A stretch of DNA of 63,257 nucleotides, filler included. It is 6 parts of 6 records of this genome, joined end to end, with 100 filler letters (N's around TTAATTAATTAA, not from the genome) between each part and the next. Parts side by side here need not be neighbours in the genome. Positions count along the whole stretch, not along the records: positions 29,843 to 40,439 come from SRR31147125_29623; positions 40,540 to 49,377 come from SRR31147125_29634; 4 more parts are not named here. The stretch is one strand, 5' to 3'. The notes below the pieces were generated by a model that did no database searches, was not told the DNA's origin, and was given only the letters and a program-made list of their open reading frames with translations. Each line of letters opens with the position of its first letter. Positions within the stretch are counted from its first letter, which is position 1. Positions 38,337-46,567 of the stretch are shown one piece after another. The position numbers were made by a program, and so were the translations under genes.

Positions 38337-40439
38337 TTATCTTACTACGATAAATTTCTTGATCTGTTGTTCACCTTCCAGGAAGTAAACCTCACCTGTA
38401 CTTTCATCAGCATAGTCTTCGGTTACCGTGAAAACAGCAATGTAAACACCACTGACAACGACCTGACGGAAATCCGTAATGGATACCCAGGCTTCGTCAC
38501 CGGAGTTATTGGTGTGTTCTTTTTCCCAGATCTGTTCACCACGTTCAGTGAATATCTTAATATTACATTTCGGTGGAATATTGTAAAACATGATACGGTC
38601 AGCTTGTCCACCCGATGTACCGAACTGCATTTGTTTTGCACGTACATTGTAAGGGTTGGGAACGATACGGATGCCCTCAAGTGTTGTTCCGGGCAAACGT
38701 TTTAGCTGAGCAGGTGAAGAGGTAAGTGTATAAAACTTACTGCTTGATAGGGCTTTTCCACCATCATCAACGGTGCCGTCATCATAAGCGGCAATATAAT
38801 AATAGTAATCAAATCCACGAACAGCGGTACGATCATCATATTTACACATGCCTCCGCCCATATCATAATCATCTGGATTTGTTACATCAAGCAAGAGATG
38901 GTAAGTTGAATCATATTCATTCAGTGCGCGATAGATCTTATAACCTGCAAAACCTGGTGAAGTCTCACTGTTACGTGCCCATGACAATGAGATCCTGTCA
39001 CCACCGGCAACTACTGAAAAAGTTGCAGGAGCTTCAGGAGGAGATGCGATATCGTATCCTGACTCATAGTTGTCTCTTGCACGATAAAAGCTCTGGAACA
39101 AACTGTCAATACCTTGTGTGACGACAGCACCTTTACCGGCTAGTGACAATGTAGTTGCGGCATATTCAAGACCTGCTTCACGACGTGTTTCCATATCGAT
39201 ACTACCAACGGCTTCAGCCATCACGATCTTTACGGATTGACCGGGAGCCAGTGTATAAGGACCAACACCCATTGCAGCAGAGAGTCCACCGGAGTTGCCT
39301 GGCCAACTCGGCATATTATCAATAGGAACCTGATTAGCATCGATCACATACTGTGCATGTGTCTTATCCAAATATCCTGCAGGTTCCGATCCATCCATAT
39401 ATTCATATCGTGCAGCCATGGTAACAGCATCATACTGATCTTTATTGTTCGTATGTGGCTTTAAATCACTGGCGATAGATTGCCATGCAACCGGTTGCGA
39501 GGGATCATCTGTAGCATCCGTAGGACTTGTATCTGCATGAAGTAAAACTACACCGGGGAACTGAACAGATGTCAAACGTTTGTCACCTTCAGCATAAGGA
39601 GCACCAAAATCATCTGCGTTGGCTTGTGCAGATTTTGTACATGAACCCTGCCATGCAAAGAAACCACGCATATCATTTGGGATGGTTTTGTTAGTACCCT
39701 GAACATTTAATATTTCAGACATACCCGGTCCCCAGTTGCCATTTCTACCAAAGAAATGGTTCATGGTATTACGGCCCCAGGTTGCAGCCTGCGGTAAAAG
39801 ATTAAGCTCATAGGTTGTCGCTTCTCTGTTCACTGCATAGCGTGCTGTCCAATAGAAATAGACATCATTCAATGTGTTACTATGTACCAGAGAGCCATCG
39901 GCAGAATAAATTCCGGTATTTTCGAATTCATATTCATAAATATGATATGCCTGATGATCATTATGAGTAAAAGCCATGACCTTACGAGTAAAAGTAATTC
40001 CCATAGAAGTATGGTTTAAGTTATAGATCATACGGTCACAAGTCAGATCCGGATCAATTTCATCCAGTTCCGGTTCCAAATATACCGTCTGTGATGCGGG
40101 AGAACCGTCAACCGTAACGGTTGGCTTGTCTTTTTTACCGATCAGCTTATATTCCGTTGAGAAAATAGCTCCACCGTCATCTACCTGACGAGGGCCTATA
40201 TTTACAACCTTATAATCATAGGTAATGCCATTGGTAGGATCCTCATAGTTCGCGGCACCGATCCAGAGACTTTTTTGGCATTGCATATCTTGCTTTGTGT
40301 ATAAGGCAGGATAACGCAAACCGTCGACCTGGTCACTGGTGGCACCGGTACGGCCTACCTCGATCTCACATCCGTCTGATGAGAACCAATTCTGAAGGTC
40401 CGAGACCGCCAGCCATTTAATGTCTCGTGCCGGCAGGAA
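38337..40439 (-). CDS. Secreted FN3 + T9SS-CTD protein, 5'-truncated by contig edge
   Basis: The frame is open to 40439 (FLPARDIKWLAVSDLQNWFSSDGCEIE...). Same architecture as 31175-33388, ending IRIVPNPY...SGVYIAVF...KKFIVVR. Confidence 0.8.
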   Translation of the reverse strand, partial: FLPARDIKWLAVSDLQNWFSSDGCEIEVGRTGATSDQVDGLRYPALYTKQDMQCQKSLWIGAANYEDPTNGITYDYKVVNIGPRQVDDGGAIFSTEYKLIGKKDKPTVTVDGSPASQTVYLEPELDEIDPDLTCDRMIYNLNHTSMGITFTRKVMAFTHNDHQAYHIYEYEFENTGIYSADGSLVHSNTLNDVYFYWTARYAVNREATTYELNLLPQAATWGRNTMNHFFGRNGNWGPGMSEILNVQGTNKTIPNDMRGFFAWQGSCTKSAQANADDFGAPYAEGDKRLTSVQFPGVVLLHADTSPTDATDDPSQPVAWQSIASDLKPHTNNKDQYDAVTMAARYEYMDGSEPAGYLDKTHAQYVIDANQVPIDNMPSWPGNSGGLSAAMGVGPYTLAPGQSVKIVMAEAVGSIDMETRREAGLEYAATTLSLAGKGAVVTQGIDSLFQSFYRARDNYESGYDIASPPEAPATFSVVAGGDRISLSWARNSETSPGFAGYKIYRALNEYDSTYHLLLDVTNPDDYDMGGGMCKYDDRTAVRGFDYYYYIAAYDDGTVDDGGKALSSSKFYTLTSSPAQLKRLPGTTLEGIRIVPNPYNVRAKQMQFGTSGGQADRIMFYNIPPKCNIKIFTERGEQIWEKEHTNNSGDEAWVSITDFRQVVVSGVYIAVFTVTEDYADESTGEVYFLEGEQQIKKFIVVR

Positions 40440-40539
40440 NNNNNNNNNNNNNNNNNNNNNNNNNNNNNNNNNNNNNNNNNNNNTTAATTAATTAANNNNN
40501 NNNNNNNNNNNNNNNNNNNNNNNNNNNNNNNNNNNNNNN
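40440..40539. other. Artificial contig spacer
   Basis: 44 N + TTAATTAATTAA + 44 N. Confidence 0.99.
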
Positions 40540-40658
40540 GATTTCTCTTTTTAACGGATCACGCATTAAAAAATTTAATGACAATACAAGAAATTCGTTA
40601 TATTACATTTTTATAAAATTACTGTTCAAACCGTTCAAGCGTTAAAAGAATTAACTAT

Positions 40659-42194
40659 TTATTGAGACTTTAAAAAATTCTCATCTTTCCCCCACCACTC
40701 ACAAACCTCATCCAACGAACAAATCCATGCACCCTTTTGCTGTGCCCATGCCAATATCTTTTCATATAGCGCAGCATATCCGGTCACATCGCCGGGATTC
40801 AGGTCAGAGTTATGCCAGTTTAATGTCAGACAGCCTCTGTTTTGACAGGTTTCATGTAAATGCTCCAAGACCACATCCCATGCCTGATCTGATGACAGGT
40901 AAAGTTTACTCTCCAGAAACAACACCGTATCCATCAGTGTCAATGGTATTTCCAGGATGGGTAAAGCCTTTTCTTCTTTGTGAAAAAAAGGATTAAACGG
41001 AAATGACGTGCCGCATCGATAGCCTAAATCATTGGAAAATCCGACTGTGGAATCATAGTGAAAACCGGCTTTAACCATTTCCTCCCAGCTTTTATTCTCT
41101 TCAAAACAAAGATAATGCTGTCGAAGTCCCTGCACGGTTTGATCTGTGTGGTTCTGTAATAATCCCTTTTCCTCTGCCAGTTTATCCCCATCAATTGCAG
41201 AAGGAATCGTGCCGTGCAGACCGATCGAACAGGCTCTTTCTTTTAAAATACGAAATGCTTTTCTGAGTCGAAAGGATTTTAGAGAATAACGAGGATCAAG
41301 CGACACATTTTGTTTGGAAACAATAAAAAATGTGGAACGCCCGCCATATTTCTTTTCAAGTTGACTGATAAAATTAAAATTCCCCATCCAGTTTTCTTTC
41401 AGGGCCAGTGATTTAACAATATCCAGACCTGTTTGAAATGTATGCCCCAGGTTATTCTGCTTCAGACTTTTTGTCAGAGCCCGCTTTGCTTTATGAAAGG
41501 TCCATGTGCGGATACGATCCACATCATGAGAAAGCGCCAGGCAAAAAGTATGCTGATTGGGCCAGGGTGATTTTAACTCAAAAGATTTATTTAAATAGGA
41601 ACCACCCAATTGGATAAACGCCTGCAATAACCGGGCATAATGGTCAATTACCGGTTTGTCATAAATATCCTGTCCCAAAGGGCTGTAGTTTTTATGAAAA
41701 CGATTTAAAGGATCCCGTTCTTTCGCCAGCCGTTCGTTTTCCAGTGAGAGAAAATAAAAGCCGGAAGCAATGATATCAGCAGAACAATGAATCCGGTTTT
41801 TGTGTAAAGAGATCACAGCCAGATGATTTTTTTCATCCTGATATAGATCCTGTTCCAGGGGAGCTAACTCTTTTAAGAAAAGATATAAAATTCTCTTTTG
41901 AAAATGTGTATTATCCGTAAAATGGTCATTCAGATGTAACCACAACACATTTTCCGGATTGATGTTTTTTATCTCCTCCTGATAATCACAGTCACCAATC
42001 TGTATTATAAAAGTATTGGCATTAACCTGAAGAGGTTTGGATCCATAATAAAACAGGATATTAATGGAAGGATCAACCAGGTCATCCCTGCTTATCTCAT
42101 GATAGGGTACACCCATAATTTTGAACAATATCTGAAAGACATATCGGGCCCGTGGATGAAAATAAGGTCGGGTATTTATATACACAGCAATCAT
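40659..42194 (-). CDS. Polysaccharide deacetylase-family protein (appears fused in frame to the upstream epimerase-like gene)
   Basis: ALSHDVD, STFF, IGLHG, GLRQHYL, YDSTVGF...YRCGT, EIPL..MD and LNWHN motifs. Internal Met at 42194. Confidence 0.8.
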   Translation of the reverse strand: MIAVYINTRPYFHPRARYVFQILFKIMGVPYHEISRDDLVDPSINILFYYGSKPLQVNANTFIIQIGDCDYQEEIKNINPENVLWLHLNDHFTDNTHFQKRILYLFLKELAPLEQDLYQDEKNHLAVISLHKNRIHCSADIIASGFYFLSLENERLAKERDPLNRFHKNYSPLGQDIYDKPVIDHYARLLQAFIQLGGSYLNKSFELKSPWPNQHTFCLALSHDVDRIRTWTFHKAKRALTKSLKQNNLGHTFQTGLDIVKSLALKENWMGNFNFISQLEKKYGGRSTFFIVSKQNVSLDPRYSLKSFRLRKAFRILKERACSIGLHGTIPSAIDGDKLAEEKGLLQNHTDQTVQGLRQHYLCFEENKSWEEMVKAGFHYDSTVGFSNDLGYRCGTSFPFNPFFHKEEKALPILEIPLTLMDTVLFLESKLYLSSDQAWDVVLEHLHETCQNRGCLTLNWHNSDLNPGDVTGYAALYEKILAWAQQKGAWICSLDEVCEWWGKDENFLKSQ

Positions 42195-42207
42195 ATCAGG
42201 ATCGTCT

Positions 42208-43172
42208 TTATATTCGATTGAGTTTTTTAGTGCTTTGTATTTTAATTTGTACATTCTCAGGATATTAATAATATGATCATACTCCCGCCATTTTTTCGCG
42301 TAAAACTGAAATGTGGAATTACCGGTCAACTTGTAAAAAAGTCTCAACTGGGTTATAACCAGTCGAAGATATCCTATTGTTGCGGGATCGACATCCGGAT
42401 AAAAAGATTCACGGCAATAATTATAGCGTATCCAAAATCCAAGATCATAGGCTGGCAAAAGCTGCTTTACGCATTCTAATCCGTTGTCAAAAAGCTGTTT
42501 TGCCAGTTTGTATTCCGGATTTACACGAACATAATCGTACAGTCCGCACAGCGAAAAAAACGCACCGTCCAGGATCATTGTTGGAAAGTCAGTGGGATAT
42601 TCCTCGTAAAATGGACCAAACTCGGTAAAGGTCGTGACGCCCCCCTCTTTGGCCGGCACCTCAAATATTTTTAAAGCATTTGTTGCAGACTGAAGATACT
42701 TTTCATCTTTTGTCAACTGGTATCCCCGTAACAGAATGGAAATAGCCCGACTCTGAGAAAAAGCCGATGGCCAGGCTTTGGAAATGCAAAATTCCGGCTT
42801 GGGAACATCTGTTAACCAGTAATCGCCTAAACGTGGATCAGACAATCTATTATCGTAAAACCAATCGACAATCTTTAGAAACCGGTTACGATCCTCTGTT
42901 GAGTCTGTGGCAAGAAAAGTATGAAATATAGCCAGCCCATATTGACCGATGGAAATGGGATAATAGATAAGGTTATTGTCTTCCACATCGATATAGCTGG
43001 GTATAACAGGGATACCCTCATTATCGAAATGATAATTCTGACTATGTCCCTGCAGTAAATCCTGCTCATCCATTATAAAGTAATAGGTGCCCAATTCTGC
43101 TCCGTGTAAATTCGTAGAAAGCTGATAGATATCCTTATCCCGCCGGATATCCTTTATCAGTTTTTTGGACAT
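42208..43172 (-). CDS. D-glucuronyl C5-epimerase-family protein (natural stop restored by +1 A at 42223-42228)
   Basis: YPISIGQYGL, WPSAFSQSRAIS, GGV, FYEEYP, GLYDY and YDLGFW..Y motifs. Confidence 0.75.
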
Positions 43173-43193
43173 GAAAAGATTTTTTCAATTTTT

Positions 43194-44498
43194 CTATTCA
43201 TATCTGCTATTGCACCAGCGTATTGAAAATATCAGCAAGTTGTTTGGTTTGGTTTTTCCGGGTATATCTTTGAACAGCTGTTTTGTTACCCTGATAGAGC
43301 TGTTTTTTTCAAATAACCTGAGAATATAATGTCGAATCGATTCCGGATTTTTATTGTCGTACATCTCTCCTGCCTGTGTCTCTTGTAAGATGTCGGCAGC
43401 ATCACCATCCGCTGGCCCAATCCCTAGAATGGGTCGCGTCGCTCCCAGATAATCGAATAATTTGCTGGTCAGGATGCCTTTACTGTAAGAACAGGTTGGG
43501 ATAACAAAGTAAAGCAGTGAAGCGGATTTTAATATATCGACAATTTTGTCGTGTGGTTTATAATTTTGAAAGGTGCAGTATTGTTCCAGCTTGTAATGTT
43601 TTAGAGATTTATGAATATCTTCATGCACGCGGCCGCAAAATAAAAGTTGCAGGGATTTACGGAAAAAAGAGTTCCCCACCAAATCAGCCAAAGCCTGCCA
43701 CAGACCAACCGGATTTTGATTGCCGGCAAGATGGCCTGTATGAACAATTCTAAAAACGCCGTTATTTAAAAGAGAATAATCGCGCTTAAAATCGTCCTCA
43801 TCAAATCCGTTTGGAATGACAAAATAGTTATTGTTCGCTTTGCTCTGGAAAAGCCTTACTATTTCGGGACTTACAGTTATCACGGACTGGGCCTTTTGCA
43901 ACGCCTGTTGTTCTTTTTTTCGATCCAAAGCCAATGTACATTTTGTTCTTTTGAGCTGATGGTAATAAAAGACATCTGTCCAGGGATCACGATAGTCAGC
44001 CACCCATTTTATTTTGCTTTTTTCTGCCAGTTTTTGAGCAATAACATTCACACTGTTGGGCGGACTTGTACTGAATAAAAGATCGATTTTTTCTTCTTTT
44101 ATAATATCCAGCCCTTTTTTTACAGCAAAAGGATACCAGCCGATTCGCGCATCCGGTATAAATATATTGCCGCGAATAAAAGCAGAGAGTCTTTTTAAAA
44201 GGCTTCCCCTGGAGCTTTCGGTCAGAACAAATGTGCTTATTTTTTCTTCTCTTGGCTTTCTCAACAGGTGGCGATACAAACCAAAGGGTTCGAGAGATTT
44301 TGTTTTGACCACTTGAAGCGTTGGTGAAATCTGTTGCAGGAGCGTTTCATCTCGCTCAGGGTACTCGCCATCTGCCACAGTCAAAACAATGGGTTCCCAA
44401 CCGAATTTAGGAAGATATTTGCAAAAATGTAAAATTCGTTGTACGCCCGGACCACCTGAAGGGGGCCAGTAATATGTGAGTATAAGAACTTTTTTCAT
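43194..44498 (-). CDS. GT4-family glycosyltransferase (C-terminal 1-nt frameshift; corrected stop at 43207)
   Basis: ILTYYWPPSGGPGVQR, IPDARIGW, ADYRDPW, IPNGFD and SKLFDYL motifs. Confidence 0.9.
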   Translation of the reverse strand: MKKVLILTYYWPPSGGPGVQRILHFCKYLPKFGWEPIVLTVADGEYPERDETLLQQISPTLQVVKTKSLEPFGLYRHLLRKPREEKISTFVLTESSRGSLLKRLSAFIRGNIFIPDARIGWYPFAVKKGLDIIKEEKIDLLFSTSPPNSVNVIAQKLAEKSKIKWVADYRDPWTDVFYYHQLKRTKCTLALDRKKEQQALQKAQSVITVSPEIVRLFQSKANNNYFVIPNGFDEDDFKRDYSLLNNGVFRIVHTGHLAGNQNPVGLWQALADLVGNSFFRKSLQLLFCGRVHEDIHKSLKHYKLEQYCTFQNYKPHDKIVDILKSASLLYFVIPTCSYSKGILTSKLFDYLGATRPILGIGPADGDAADILQETQAGEMYDNKNPESIRHYILRLFEKNSSIRVTKQLFKDIPGKTKPNNLLIFSIRWCNSRYE

Positions 44499-46444
44499 TT
44501 GTTATTAAAATACTGTTCAAGGTCAAAAGTTTGTTGTTCAAACGCATTACTTTCCAGATACATCTGTTTCCAGATGTAAAAACCGGTCAAAACCCATATA
44601 AAATTATAGTGCCAACGCATTCGTGGATGTGGTTTCGTCGCAAATATGGATTGTATATAATCATAATTAAAAAGACCATCCTTTTCGATGCGCTCCCTGG
44701 TCAATATCCGCTCGGCTGTCGGTTTCAGATCTTTAAGATATTGCAGATATGGATTAACCGTAAAGCCCCATTTTTTCTTTTTCAATATTTTTTCAGGCAG
44801 ATAGGGCTGCATGGCTTTGCGTAATAAATATTTTGTTTGTCGGAGCCGCATCTTTTGCCGTGCCGGTATGGAAAAACTAAATTTTACCAGATCCAGATCT
44901 AAAAATGGCACCCGCTGCTCCACTGAATGGGACATGGACATTCTGTCTTCTGTTAGCAGATAATCATTCAACATCTTGGAATAAAACTCTGCGTAATAGA
45001 CCTGATCCAGGGGTGTTAAATTATCCATAGGCTGAAAGAGGTGGGTGAATTCCGACATGACCGGTTTTAATGGTTCTTCAAGAAAGTGAGGTGTGTATAT
45101 TCTGGATAGCTGAGCTTTGTCAAAATCCCACACATTCCGTAAAATCAAATAAAATTTGGCAATGTTGCCGGTTGCCAGCGCCATCTGCAGCCCCCGACGG
45201 TATTCATCTGAAACGAGACGGCCATGCCTGGTTTGTAAATTATAAACAAGCCCGCTCAATCTGGATAAAATATTTTTTTCCAGTTTTTCCGGAATGAATT
45301 GATTCAAGCCGTTAAATGGATAAATGATTTGATGAATATCATAGCCGGAAAAAAGCTCGTCTCCACCTAATCCGCCAAGTACGACCTTTACGTGCTGCGA
45401 TACAAAATCGGACATGAGAAAACCCTGCAGTAAATTAATCTTGGGTTCTTCGGCATGCCAGATCACGTTTGGCAACTGGCGCATGGGATTAAGATCCATT
45501 GTCAGCGAATGATGCTCTGTTCCATAGTAGTTTGCTATGATTTCCGCATCATTTAATTCGTCGGTTGGTTCATTAAATCCCAGTGTAAATGTTTTTATGT
45601 TCTCTACACCCGATTTTCGCATCATGGCCACGATAGAGCTTGAATCCATACCTCCGGACAAATAGACCCCTATAGGTACATCACTGACCAATTGTCTTTT
45701 AACAGCCTGTTGTAGGTAAGCCGGGATTTCTTCCAGCCATTCGGATTCTGATTTTTTATAATCGATATTTGGTTCCAGCCGGTAATAAGGTCCGATCTTT
45801 TTTATCTGATTGTCCTGATAAATGAGATAATGAGCCGGGGGCAACCGAAAGATGTCTTTGAAAAGAGTTTCATTGGATTGGGTATATCGCAAATTAAGAT
45901 GATAATGAAGAGATTGCCTGTTTAATTGTCGCTGTACTCTGGGATGCAACAAAATGGCTTTTTGTTCAGAGGCAAAAACGAAACAATTATCACGAAAATA
46001 ATAGTGTAGTGGCTTGACCCCAAAATGATCCCGCGCTAGTATGAGCTTGGGAGAATCCTCCCGTTCATCTAATATCGCGAACGAAAAGATGCCGTTTAAA
46101 CGGCTAAAAGATAGCACACCCTGATCAGCGTAAAGCCGGAGAATAACCTCTGTATCTGACTGTGTTTTAAAGGTGTAGCCCTTTTGTAACAGTTCTTTCC
46201 GCAGTTCCCGATAATTATAGATTTCACCATTAAAGACAATGGCTAATGTCTTGTCTTCATTAAAAATTGGCTGATTGCCTGTCGATAAATCGATAATGCT
46301 TAGACGACGATGTCCCAGACTAACGTCCTTCGACACATAAACAGCATTATGGTCCGGTCCTCTGTGAGTCAGGATATCGCACATTCGGTTGATCAGGGAT
46401 CGCCTGTCTTGATTTTTTTCAACAACGCCACAAATTCCACACAT
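44495..46444 (-). CDS. asnB: Asparagine synthase (glutamine-hydrolysing)-type amidotransferase
   Basis: MCGICG, HRGPD, GHRRLSIID, FNGEIYN, LSGGMDSS, GGDELF and RVPFLD motifs. Confidence 0.95.
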   Translation of the reverse strand: MCGICGVVEKNQDRRSLINRMCDILTHRGPDHNAVYVSKDVSLGHRRLSIIDLSTGNQPIFNEDKTLAIVFNGEIYNYRELRKELLQKGYTFKTQSDTEVILRLYADQGVLSFSRLNGIFSFAILDEREDSPKLILARDHFGVKPLHYYFRDNCFVFASEQKAILLHPRVQRQLNRQSLHYHLNLRYTQSNETLFKDIFRLPPAHYLIYQDNQIKKIGPYYRLEPNIDYKKSESEWLEEIPAYLQQAVKRQLVSDVPIGVYLSGGMDSSSIVAMMRKSGVENIKTFTLGFNEPTDELNDAEIIANYYGTEHHSLTMDLNPMRQLPNVIWHAEEPKINLLQGFLMSDFVSQHVKVVLGGLGGDELFSGYDIHQIIYPFNGLNQFIPEKLEKNILSRLSGLVYNLQTRHGRLVSDEYRRGLQMALATGNIAKFYLILRNVWDFDKAQLSRIYTPHFLEEPLKPVMSEFTHLFQPMDNLTPLDQVYYAEFYSKMLNDYLLTEDRMSMSHSVEQRVPFLDLDLVKFSFSIPARQKMRLRQTKYLLRKAMQPYLPEKILKKKKWGFTVNPYLQYLKDLKPTAERILTRERIEKDGLFNYDYIQSIFATKPHPRMRWHYNFIWVLTGFYIWKQMYLESNAFEQQTFDLEQYFNNK

Positions 46445-46567
46445 AATCTAGTGCTCGGATCTGTAATTAAATCGGATGATATGTTTGATATACCGGGAAT
46501 TTTCCAGTATGTCCGGATTCGTAACGCTATTATACAAAAGTGCCATATTTGCTTCTTTAAATAAGTA

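Noticed and set aside
40659-43172. 837-aa C5-epimerase/deacetylase fusion as a novel bifunctional enzyme
   Set aside because: One extra A in the A6 run at 42223-42228 gives a clean stop 13 nt before an internal ATG, and a second homopolymer slip lies 1 kb away. It is most likely an artefact.
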